DNA of 64,000 nucleotides from Candidatus Kuenenia stuttgartensis (GTDB lineage: Bacteria > Planctomycetota > GCA-002687715 > CAIWVZ01). The stretch is from contig CAMARR010000011.1 of the NCBI GenBank assembly GCA_945860915.1, forward strand, positions 1,394 through 65,393, given 5' to 3'. The position numbers were made by a program, and so were the translations under genes. Positions 1-8,448 of the stretch are shown in pieces. How positions within the stretch are numbered: the stretch's first letter is position 1; each line of letters begins with the position of its first letter. The notes below the pieces were generated by a model. It did not search any database, was not told where the DNA came from, and was given only the letters and a program-made list of their open reading frames with translations.

Positions 1-250
1 TGCTGCGATAGCTTGCGTCAAACAGCATTCTATCGTGCCGCGCGAGCAGTTGGTCGACGGACTCCCCGCTTCGAATTGGCAGCCGCGCACCGGATGCTAA
101 GGCTGAATCGACTGCTGCACGCCAACTGCATGGATCGAGCGGGAGGAGCTCCTTGCGGGCAGTTATGGCGTGGTAGGGGCCATTGTTTATCCAGAATCGC
201 TTTGTGTAGACAGAGATTGCGTCTGCCACCGCTGGCGGCATCGCAACTCG

Positions 251-511
251 ATGAAGATAGAGCTCTTCGAGAAGATCGAGAAGCTCGGCGCCATGCTCGC
301 ACTTTTGTGCAACAAAGATCCGTCGACCGGCAATCGCAGCCCGCGAGAGGTGGTAAGCCAACAGACGATCGCGCGGCGTCAGTCGCACCCACGCATCGCA
401 ATAGCACTGGACCACCGCTGCGTCGCCTACCTTCTCAAGGAGGTACCGACGATCGTCGGTCTCGGCGACGGGTCCGCTCATGTCACGCTTTCGGTGGGCC
501 TTGATACGTGA
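251..511 (+). CDS. hypothetical small protein (86 aa)
   Basis: ATG at 251 lies inside track ORF 170..511. GC3 is high in this frame and other frames are broken or Arg-rich. No motif recognised. Converges on queD and overlaps its 3' end. Confidence 0.3.
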   Translation: MKIELFEKIEKLGAMLALLCNKDPSTGNRSPREVVSQQTIARRQSHPRIAIALDHRCVAYLLKEVPTIVGLGDGSAHVTLSVGLDT

Positions 512-1202
512 TGAATGAGGTCGGAGTCTCCCACACCTTGATCTCGTGGAGCGGGAGGTCGGAGAGCTTGCGCCAGATCCAGATCGCGATGTACTCGGCA
601 CTCGGATTGGGAATGATCTCGTTGAGATACGTGTGGTCGAGAACATTCACCACGCGGTCGGCTACGACCTTCTTCAGCGCCATGAAGTCGAACGCCATTC
701 CAGACCAGGTGTCGAGCGGCGCTTTGACCGTCACCCGAAGCTTGAACGTATGGCCATGGAGGTGCTCACACTTGCCGTGATAGCGCGGCAAGTTGTGGGC
801 CGAATCGAACGTGAAGTCCTTCGATACGAGGAGCGTCGTTCCAGCCTCGACGGGCATTTCTTCTGCGACCGTGGTCTTCTTGTAGAGGGCGGAATGAAGT
901 TGCGGAAGTCCAGCGGGGGCCGCTGCATCGCCAAGAGCCGCCTCGATTTGCTCGCGGACCAATTGAAGCCCTGGAATAGGCAGGAGCAAGTTGCGCAAGT
1001 TCCCGAGGGCCTCGCCATGGCCTTCCACAACCCAGCGATCCACCGAAATATCGGTGGATCGATAGGATCGGCAGCCCGAGGCCGTTGCACATCGGACGAG
1101 GGTTTCTGCAAACTCCCCCTTGGTGAGCAACACTCCGACGAGAAGCGTGGTGCCGCTCGGGCAATCGCCGGATTCAGGACGTCGGGGGTCTGCAGGCGCC
1201 AT
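483..1202 (-). CDS. queD: 6-carboxy-5,6,7,8-tetrahydropterin synthase (QueD/PTPS family), possibly with N-terminal extension
   Basis: The last 124 aa carry PTPS/QueD signatures (DFTFDSAHNLP, CEHLHGHTFKL, LDHTYLNE). An internal ATG at 857 would give a standard-size QueD. The upstream 115 codons are open but have weaker GC3. Confidence 0.8.
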   Translation of the reverse strand: MAPADPRRPESGDCPSGTTLLVGVLLTKGEFAETLVRCATASGCRSYRSTDISVDRWVVEGHGEALGNLRNLLLPIPGLQLVREQIEAALGDAAAPAGLPQLHSALYKKTTVAEEMPVEAGTTLLVSKDFTFDSAHNLPRYHGKCEHLHGHTFKLRVTVKAPLDTWSGMAFDFMALKKVVADRVVNVLDHTYLNEIIPNPSAEYIAIWIWRKLSDLPLHEIKVWETPTSFITYQGPPKA

Positions 1203-1407
1203 AGTCCAAGACGTTAACCCTGCGCCCGCGGAAGTTCCATCCCCAACGATCTAGATGCGTTGACCCATCGCATCCCCGGGCTTATCATCCTCGCCCGCTT
1301 CGGGTCCCTCCGGATCCGAGGCACGTCTTCGGACAGGTTCTTGCATGTTGATGGGTTGATGTGCGGCTTCGCACGAACAGAAGCTGCATTGACCCTCGTC
1401 AAACTGC

Positions 1408-1424
1408 GTTCCATTGTATGGAAC
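1408..1424. promoter_or_regulatory. perfect inverted repeat GTTCCAT-N3-ATGGAAC in the divergent queD/lipoprotein intergenic region (possible operator or hairpin)
   Basis: Read directly: gttccat tgt atggaac. It lies between divergent starts at 1202 and 1566. Confidence 0.2.
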
Positions 1425-1565
1425 CTGCTTCAGGACAAGGGATCAGCACGGGTGATGAGACCGCAGTGCCTTGGCATTAGGGTTGCTCACACCTGACTTA
1501 TCAGGGGTTCCCATACCCCGGTGGCACGGGATTACACCCTGCCAGGAACTTGGAGTGACGAGAAC

Positions 1566-4202
1566 ATGACGAGGCTTCGCAGCATCACGGCCGTCCCGGC
1601 CGCACTTGGAATCGCACTGGCCCTCACGGTCGCAGGTTGCGGCGGTGGTGGTGGTTCTTCTTCCGGGACCATCACCGTCCCTAACTCGCTTATCGAAATC
1701 CGCGTGCAGGGCGTCACAACGCCGCTGTGGCAGAACGTCGCGGGTACGCCCACGTCGCCACCCGTTTGCCCAACGGGTGTTTTCTTGAACGCAAGTCTCA
1801 CCTTCACGTTCAACGGTGCTGTTGACCAAGGCTCGCTCCCCGGAGCCGGCTCTCTGGCGCAAGGCCCGATCAACATCACGACCACGAACGCCCAGACGAC
1901 ATCGGTCGCCCAGGGGTCGTTTACGGTTGTCGATGATCCGACTCTCCCGGCCGGCAACAACCGACGCGTTCTGTTTACTCCCGTCCTCCCGTCGTCAGCC
2001 GCAAATCCGTGCGAGTCGGGATTCACCGCAGGCGCTTCGGCACCCGCGATTGCCGCCGGAGCAACCTTTACTGTCTTCGTCCCCAAGTCAGGCAATTCGC
2101 CACAAACAGTGACCATTGCTGGCCAAGGCCTTTCGAATGAAGCCGTCACCTGCTTCCGAACGTGCCCGTGCCCGCAGCCCGCACCAGCGACGCAGTGCAC
2201 GTCAGTCTCGACTGACATCACGCCCGGCCCGCCCTTCGTGCTTGCAACGACTCCGGCCACGGCTGATGTCCCCTCGACATCGATCGACCCGTGCTCGATC
2301 GCCAACAATCAAGTCGTGATGACCCTAAGCGAGCCGCTCAGTCCGGCGAACATCACAACTCAAAACGTGAAGGTGATCAACACCCTATCCGGCCTTCAGG
2401 TCCCGGGTACTGTGACCTTCACGCAAGGTGGCACGGGTGGCGTCCCCGCGACACAGTCGCGCATCGTCTATACAGCGTCGGCTCCTCTCTTGGGCTCCAC
2501 TCTCTACGAAATCACGTTTACGAATTTGGTCAAAGACTTCGGGGGCAACGCCCTTGTAACGAATGTCGCCAACCCGACCTTGCGGCTGCGCTTCCAGACC
2601 AACCCGGTCACCTTCGTCCCGGGCACCCCGTTCCTCGAGTCGTTCAACTCGCCTGTGAACTTGGGGACCACCACCGGAGCGATCAGTTGGTCGTCGTCTG
2701 GCTCGGTCAATGCGACCTATCCGCTTGAATTCGTTGGGACCGGCGCGGCAGGTGCATTCGCGCCTGCAACCACACCTACATCCCTCGACACACTCGCCAC
2801 ACTTGGCATTTTCAACTTCACTTCTGTCACCATCAACCCTGGCATCACCGTTCGAGTCAAAGGCGACTATCTTTGCCATTGGCGCGTACTCGGCGCCGTC
2901 GCAATCAACGGGACGGTCAACCTATCCGCCGGTGCAAACACACTCGCGACTGCCCCGTTCGAGGAGCAGGGCGCGATGGCGGGCCAATTCAATGAAGGCG
3001 GCACCACGTCCCCCAACACCGTCCGTGCGGGCAGGGGCAATGCGGGTGCCGGCGATGGCGGTCGTGGCTCTCCGGGCGCTGGTGTGCGGTCGGCCGCAGG
3101 TGAAGGCGGATTCGGCGCACGAGTTTCCGGAACTTCAAACCCAGGCCCTGTCGGCGCGAACACGTTCTTCGGCGGGGGCGCCGGAGGAGATTCTGGGTTC
3201 TTCCCGCCCCAAGTTGCGGGTGAACTTGGCGGCCTCGGTGGCGCAGGTGGCTCGGCTGGAACAGCGGGTGGTGCGGGTTCGCCTCGCCTCACCACACCGG
3301 CGTACCCCAACTGCACGGTGAATGCCACAGCAACCCAAGTTATTGCACAGGGTACGGGCATCCCCCCCGTCTTCGTGCAACCCATCAGCCAACAATCTGG
3401 CGGCTCTGGCGGCGGCGGCGGCGGCGACCACCTCGACGACGCGCTGGCGGCGCCAGGCGCTGACGATCAGGGCGGCGGCGGTGGCGGCGGCGGTGGCTCG
3501 CTTCGCATCAGCTGTGTTGGCAACTACACGCAAGGCGCCTCAGGAATCATCACTGCCAACGGCACCGTTGGCGGCGCTGGATCGACCAACGCGGGCTCCG
3601 GTGGATCGGGCTCGGGCGGTCAGGTCTGGATCCAGGCCTTCTCATCGATCACGTTGGCAACCACCTCTGTAGTCAGCATAGACGGCCCACTCCGTCTAGC
3701 GACCACTGGTTGCGCAGCGGGTGCGGGTGGAGACGGTGGCGAAGGACTCTGCCAGTTCGAGGCGGGTGTCGGCACACCGAGCACCACCTTCGTCAAGACG
3801 CCGGGTGCTCCTTACATCACCGCTCCGTTCCCGTTCTCGTCTGGCGTGACCGGTACGGTGACGTCGACATTCTTCGACACCACCTACGGTGCACCGGACT
3901 TTACGGGAGCCGTGGAATCGAAGACTCAAGGCAATGCTGCAGGCGCAGTGCTTGTCATCGCCTACGAAGGTGCGCCAGAGTCGACTTCGACGCCGGGCAC
4001 TCCGGATGTCACGCTGATCAAGTCGCTTCAGGCGGGATCGCCCATCACGGCGGCCACGCTCGATGCGCTTGACGGATATCGTTTCATCCGCTTCAAGGTG
4101 ACCATCACCTATCCGGCCCCGCCAGCCACGCCGGCAAATGCCATTTTGCCGTCCGTCGAGGACATCACCATCAGCTACAACATCGCGCCAACCTGCCCTT
4201 AA
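1566..4202 (+). CDS. large glycine-rich surface lipoprotein with Ig-like (SbsA/Big-type) segment
   Basis: ATG at 1566 gives MTRLRSITAVPAALGIALALTVAGC (lipobox). An MTLSEPLSPANITTQNVKV segment resembles SbsA-type Ig domains. The central region has long GGxGG tracts. Track ORF is 1521..4202. Confidence 0.8.
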   Translation: MTRLRSITAVPAALGIALALTVAGCGGGGGSSSGTITVPNSLIEIRVQGVTTPLWQNVAGTPTSPPVCPTGVFLNASLTFTFNGAVDQGSLPGAGSLAQGPINITTTNAQTTSVAQGSFTVVDDPTLPAGNNRRVLFTPVLPSSAANPCESGFTAGASAPAIAAGATFTVFVPKSGNSPQTVTIAGQGLSNEAVTCFRTCPCPQPAPATQCTSVSTDITPGPPFVLATTPATADVPSTSIDPCSIANNQVVMTLSEPLSPANITTQNVKVINTLSGLQVPGTVTFTQGGTGGVPATQSRIVYTASAPLLGSTLYEITFTNLVKDFGGNALVTNVANPTLRLRFQTNPVTFVPGTPFLESFNSPVNLGTTTGAISWSSSGSVNATYPLEFVGTGAAGAFAPATTPTSLDTLATLGIFNFTSVTINPGITVRVKGDYLCHWRVLGAVAINGTVNLSAGANTLATAPFEEQGAMAGQFNEGGTTSPNTVRAGRGNAGAGDGGRGSPGAGVRSAAGEGGFGARVSGTSNPGPVGANTFFGGGAGGDSGFFPPQVAGELGGLGGAGGSAGTAGGAGSPRLTTPAYPNCTVNATATQVIAQGTGIPPVFVQPISQQSGGSGGGGGGDHLDDALAAPGADDQGGGGGGGGGSLRISCVGNYTQGASGIITANGTVGGAGSTNAGSGGSGSGGQVWIQAFSSITLATTSVVSIDGPLRLATTGCAAGAGGDGGEGLCQFEAGVGTPSTTFVKTPGAPYITAPFPFSSGVTGTVTSTFFDTTYGAPDFTGAVESKTQGNAAGAVLVIAYEGAPESTSTPGTPDVTLIKSLQAGSPITAATLDALDGYRFIRFKVTITYPAPPATPANAILPSVEDITISYNIAPTCP
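3408..3497 (+). repeat. in-frame glycine-codon triplet tracts: (GGC)6 at 3408..3425 and GGC/GGT x9 at 3471..3497
   Basis: Read directly. In the lipoprotein frame they encode G6 and G9 runs. Confidence 0.9.
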
Positions 4203-4263
4203 TGCGGGTTCATCGATAGTCGTTGCGGCACACGGGGGTTCCTTCGGGGACCCCCGCGGTGTT

Positions 4264-5307
4264 TTACGAGCCGATGTAACGGTCGTAAATCGCGCGCGCA
4301 ATCGCAGGATCACGCGTCCCGCGCACCAAGGCGCGCCCGTCGTCGAAGACGGTGATGTCGTGTCCGCCGGTCCGAAACGTCAACGAAAATCCGTTGGAGG
4401 TGACATCGCCGAGAGTTGCGAGCCTTGCCGCGAGACCATCAAGCGACGGCGGGCCGCGGCGCTGCGGGACCACCTGAACGGCATCGCGACCACAGTAGGT
4501 AATGAACCGCTCACGCGCGCCGCCTTCGAGGAAAACAAACTTCCGCTCGGCGCAGCACGGACAGTCGGGGGCCCGCACGGCGTCGGCAGCGACGGTTGCC
4601 ATTCGAAATGGCCAAAGTTCGATTGACAAGTAGCCTCGACGAACGGCATCGAGGTCTCGCACCAGAATCTTGATCGCCTCGGCGGTCTGCAAGGCAGCGA
4701 CCATCGTCGCGATGGGTGCAATGACGCCAGCCGTTTCACACGTTGCAGTCGCGCCAATTGGCGGAAGTTCACGGAACAAACAACGAAGACAGGGCGTTAC
4801 TTGAGGGATGACGACTGCGGTCAATCCCGTCGCGCCGACACAGCCGCCATACACCCAGGGGATGCTCTCGCGCACGCACCAGTCGTTAAGAAGATAGCGA
4901 GTCGCAAGGTTGTCCGTTCCATCAAGAACTAGGTCGACCTCGCCGATGATCTCCTCAAGCGTGTCGGCACGCACGTCAGCCACCTTGGGGCGAATGTGGA
5001 CTCCGCGATTGAACTGCGTGAGGTGACGGGCGAGCGCGATAGCCTTTGGCAGACGCGTGCGAGCATCCTCGTCCGTGTAAAGGGACTGACGCCCCAAATT
5101 GGATTCCTCGACGACATCACGATCGACAATGGTGACCGTCCCGACGCCGCTTCGAACCAATTGCTCCGCGATGGATGCGCCAAGTGCTCCGGCGCCAACC
5201 AACGCTACACGGCTTGAAAGCAGTTTTTCCTGCCCGGCAAGGCCGATTTTCTTGAACGTAACTTGACGCGCATATCGCGCGTCATGCGGGCTTCCTGATG
5301 CATCCAT
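4264..5307 (-). CDS. ThiF/MoeB/HesA-family E1-like adenylyltransferase with C-terminal extension
   Basis: Has the Rossmann motif VALVGAGALGASIAEQLVRSGVG, then IVDRDVVEESNLGRQ, and Zn-site cysteines CLRC...CPCC. The tail (VFDDGRALVRGTRD...YDRYIGS) resembles the long Firmicute-type ThiF/MoeB from memory. ATG at 5307 is preferred over the track start at 5442. Confidence 0.85.
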   Translation of the reverse strand: MDASGSPHDARYARQVTFKKIGLAGQEKLLSSRVALVGAGALGASIAEQLVRSGVGTVTIVDRDVVEESNLGRQSLYTDEDARTRLPKAIALARHLTQFNRGVHIRPKVADVRADTLEEIIGEVDLVLDGTDNLATRYLLNDWCVRESIPWVYGGCVGATGLTAVVIPQVTPCLRCLFRELPPIGATATCETAGVIAPIATMVAALQTAEAIKILVRDLDAVRRGYLSIELWPFRMATVAADAVRAPDCPCCAERKFVFLEGGARERFITYCGRDAVQVVPQRRGPPSLDGLAARLATLGDVTSNGFSLTFRTGGHDITVFDDGRALVRGTRDPAIARAIYDRYIGS

Positions 5308-5433
5308 CCGATGATTGGTTATCAGGTGTTCGCCGCGAAGGCAACTTGGCTGCTTGTTCCACCCCGACGGTGACCTTACGATCCCCCGGTCGCAACCCCG
5401 GAACCAACTGATAGTGCGGAGACCTGCATCCCC

Positions 5434-6459
5434 TTGACCCACGACGCCCAGACTTACTTCAAGACCTCTCGATCACTGTGGTTTCCGGTGTCGGTGAACG
5501 CGATGATCCTAGGCACGGTTGGGATTATCGTCTTCCAGTTGGCGACGGCCTTGCTTTGCCTTGCGTCAGGCGAGCCAGGTGCCACCCAGTACCGTTTGAT
5601 GGGGTTCCCGGTTGCCGTCACCGAACTCATCACGCACGTGCATTGGCCTGGAAACGGCGATTGGGTCTTCTGTGCACAACTTCTTATCGCCTACGTACTT
5701 TGGGCGAGGCTTGCGCCGGCCATTGCGCGCATCACGGCAGTTCGCATTGCGCGAGATCAGTACATCACCCTCGGCGAAGCGCTCCGATTTTCGGGCGTCC
5801 ACTTCAACACCGCACTTCTCCACATTCCCGCGGTCGCCCTTCCTGCAGCTTTTTGCGCATGTGTCGTAATCCTGATCGGCGCCATCAGTCAGTTCTGGGC
5901 GCCCCTGTGGATACTCGGCGCCTTGCTGCTTCCGATCGCAGTGCTCTGCACAGCGCTCGCAGGTGCGCTAGTCCTCGTGGGCACACTCGCGATGTTCTAT
6001 ACGCCTGGAGCCATCGCCGTTGAAGGCAAGCGCACGTATGACGGACTCGGAAAGACATTCAACTACCTTCTCGCCCGACCGTTCTCCGCCCTCACGCACC
6101 TCGCCCTCATCGTCATCTTCTTCCGTGTGCTCAATGCAGGCATCTTCGGTGACCTGCGAGACCGGACCGCGAGCCTTCTTGGCGTCCTCAACTTCATCGA
6201 CACCTCAAGTTTCCGCGATATCGTTCGAGGTAATTCGGATGTCGATGGCCCTGTCGCGACCTTCGCGGCCTGGCTCTGGAATGCCATGTGGTGGCTTCTG
6301 GAAGCAGTGATTACCGGAGCGTTGTTGTCTTGGGCAATTGCAGCCTGCACGTCATCGTGGTTGATCCTGCGACAGGACATCGACGGCAATGATGTCGGTC
6401 ACGTCGTGGACACAGCCGAGCTGTCGCTCGATCCTTCGTGGGAGAGCAAAAAAGACTGA
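5434..6459 (+). CDS. polytopic integral membrane protein, unknown function
   Basis: Multiple long hydrophobic segments. Divergent from the E1-like gene. TTG start at 5434, with an alternative ATG at 5503. Confidence 0.6.
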   Translation: MTHDAQTYFKTSRSLWFPVSVNAMILGTVGIIVFQLATALLCLASGEPGATQYRLMGFPVAVTELITHVHWPGNGDWVFCAQLLIAYVLWARLAPAIARITAVRIARDQYITLGEALRFSGVHFNTALLHIPAVALPAAFCACVVILIGAISQFWAPLWILGALLLPIAVLCTALAGALVLVGTLAMFYTPGAIAVEGKRTYDGLGKTFNYLLARPFSALTHLALIVIFFRVLNAGIFGDLRDRTASLLGVLNFIDTSSFRDIVRGNSDVDGPVATFAAWLWNAMWWLLEAVITGALLSWAIAACTSSWLILRQDIDGNDVGHVVDTAELSLDPSWESKKD

Positions 6460-6517
6460 CGCGAGCCCCAAAATGGAGCTCGCGTCGTCCGTTGCGTCCC
6501 AAGTGGGGCGCGCTAGG

Positions 6518-8269
6518 TCACGGAATGATGGTGACTTGCGTAGCGTTCGAAGAGAACCCACTCAGAGTCGTGGGATTCGCGAACGTGACGTAGCCAAACC
6601 ACAAGCTGAGACCGGCGAGTCCAGGAACTGGCGGGATGGCAGACAATGCCGACGCATTGCCCTGTGCATCCAGGAAGCCAACGAAGTTCGAGAACAAGGG
6701 GCTGATGTTCGCGTCTTGGATTCCGAGCTGCGTGATGGCATCGAACTGAATCGGGAGCACGGTGTTGTTCTGCGAAGGATCGAACACGATCCCAGGCGCC
6801 CCGCCGGTTGCCGAAACCAACATGACGTAGAGGGAACCGGCCTGTGCCACGCCGCCGATCAAGTTCATCGCGTAGTTAGCACCGACGCCTTCCGCAATCG
6901 TATCCATTCCGTTTGCATTCAGCGGCGTCTCATAGATCTGAAGCGCGTCGATAGTCAACGGACGGCATAGCAAGTTGCTCACAATGCCCTCGCGGTAGCC
7001 AAAGTTCACCAGTCCGATGGTCGGCGTTGCCGACGTGAACTGATAGCGCGTGCCGTCAAGGATCGAGCCTACGGTGCCGCCAAAGTACGCATCAATGCGA
7101 TTGCCGGAGGTCTGAAGGCGGATGCGCTGCCAGCCATCGTTTACGCCCGCGACGATCGGAATCGTGGTGAGCACGGTCTCCGTGTCGCCGCCGTTCTTTT
7201 CATCGATAAGGCTTAGATTCATCCCGGCGACCGTTGCGTAGAACACCCAGTTGATTCCAGTCAAGCTCGACGCGTTGTTGATGCCGACTCCACCCGGGAG
7301 GGTGTAGTTGTGGAACGAATCGTCCGTCCCACGCACACCGATGCTCCACTGCTCGGTCTCCGTGCCGGTGACGCCAGTCGTACGAATGTAGACATAGCAG
7401 TCAACGGTGAGATCCGCCTTCGGAGTTGAAACCCAGCCCGATTGATTGCCACCGCCGGTGGTATCCCACGTGATCATGGCGTAGCCGCCTTGGGGCGACG
7501 TCGGGATTGCATTGGGGTTCGAATTCGCCGGGTTTGCAGAAGGAGGGCCAGAGGTCAATGGATCAATCACGCGCGGAGCGCGGAATGAGTACTGGTAACC
7601 AGCGAGGATCGCTTCGGGCACGTAGCTATCGAAATTGTCCGACATCGGAACCGTGTTCGGCTGATTATTGGTTGCCCCGGGAGTCTGAGGCATCATGCCG
7701 AAGTCGTGGCCGTTGTTGTTGGTGTCGTAGCCATCGAACCAACGCGACCACGTTTGAACAGAAGCATCGTTGGCCGTGAAGTTGCCCCAAATCGGGCCAC
7801 CTTCGATGTACTGGAGGGGATACCCGAAGGCAATCTTGTGGCCTTCGTAGGTCACGGAGTCGACGACATTGAACGCTGGATCAACTAGCGCGGTGGTTTC
7901 GTTGTCGTTCTCGAATAGGTTTGTAGACAAGGTCGGATTGACGACGACGAGATTAACGTTCGGCACCAAGGGTGATCCGATAACGTAGAATCCGCCGGGT
8001 GCGATGACGGTAGTTGCGCTTCCAGGAACCCCTGGAATCGTATAGTCGGCATTGTTGTCAGATGGCAATCCGCCAAGATTGGGATTTTGGTCCCACGACA
8101 TCAAGATCCAGCCGCTGATGTCAACGGCGGACGTCCCGGCGTTATACAGCTCGACGAATTCGCGGTCGTCGATACCGGTGTCGTCGTACTCGATTTCGTT
8201 GATGACAACTTGAGCGTGCGTCACCGCGCATAGGGCGGCAAAGCCGAGGAATAACTTCAATGACTTCAC
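6518..8269 (-). CDS. secreted lamin-tail-domain (LTD) protein with shared C-terminal module
   Basis: GTG at 8269 is preceded by GGAGAA. Signal peptide VKSLKLFLGFAALCAVTHA, followed by the LTD signature VVINEIEYDDTGIDDREFVELYN. The C-terminal ~120 aa match the module seen in 3 other genes. Confidence 0.8.
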   Translation of the reverse strand: MKSLKLFLGFAALCAVTHAQVVINEIEYDDTGIDDREFVELYNAGTSAVDISGWILMSWDQNPNLGGLPSDNNADYTIPGVPGSATTVIAPGGFYVIGSPLVPNVNLVVVNPTLSTNLFENDNETTALVDPAFNVVDSVTYEGHKIAFGYPLQYIEGGPIWGNFTANDASVQTWSRWFDGYDTNNNGHDFGMMPQTPGATNNQPNTVPMSDNFDSYVPEAILAGYQYSFRAPRVIDPLTSGPPSANPANSNPNAIPTSPQGGYAMITWDTTGGGNQSGWVSTPKADLTVDCYVYIRTTGVTGTETEQWSIGVRGTDDSFHNYTLPGGVGINNASSLTGINWVFYATVAGMNLSLIDEKNGGDTETVLTTIPIVAGVNDGWQRIRLQTSGNRIDAYFGGTVGSILDGTRYQFTSATPTIGLVNFGYREGIVSNLLCRPLTIDALQIYETPLNANGMDTIAEGVGANYAMNLIGGVAQAGSLYVMLVSATGGAPGIVFDPSQNNTVLPIQFDAITQLGIQDANISPLFSNFVGFLDAQGNASALSAIPPVPGLAGLSLWFGYVTFANPTTLSGFSSNATQVTIIP

Positions 8270-8448
8270 AGGGTTCTCCGGGCAGAGGTTAGGCGCTGGG
8301 TCGACCGCAAACCGGGCGACCATTTCGCACCCAAAGCATAGGCTCCACCGCTCTCAGGATCAAAGTAAGTCGAGTCAAGAAATGGCGAACTCAACGGGGA
8401 AATGGCCCCGGCAGCGGCAACCCCTTATGAACGCGGAGGTAACGTCGC

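Noticed and set aside
13-504. 163-aa ORF at the left edge, and its antisense partner 30..407
   Set aside because: Both translate to Arg-rich, low-complexity sequence. The only frame with coding-like GC3 is the short 251..511 ORF, and even that is low confidence.
1203-1565. Possible preQ1 riboswitch or other leader RNA upstream of queD
   Set aside because: The minus-strand leader lacks the preQ1-I features I know (short stem, conserved C-containing loop, A-rich tail with CUA). Only a 17-nt inverted repeat is seen. An open stretch encoding ...GTQFDEGQCSFCSCEAAH... has no usable start codon.
4264-5307. E1-like enzyme as part of a ubiquitin-like or CBASS-type defence module
   Set aside because: No E2, JAB/deubiquitinase, cyclase/nucleotidyltransferase or effector gene is adjacent. 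The protein has the biosynthetic ThiF/MoeB layout rather than an E1-E2 fusion.
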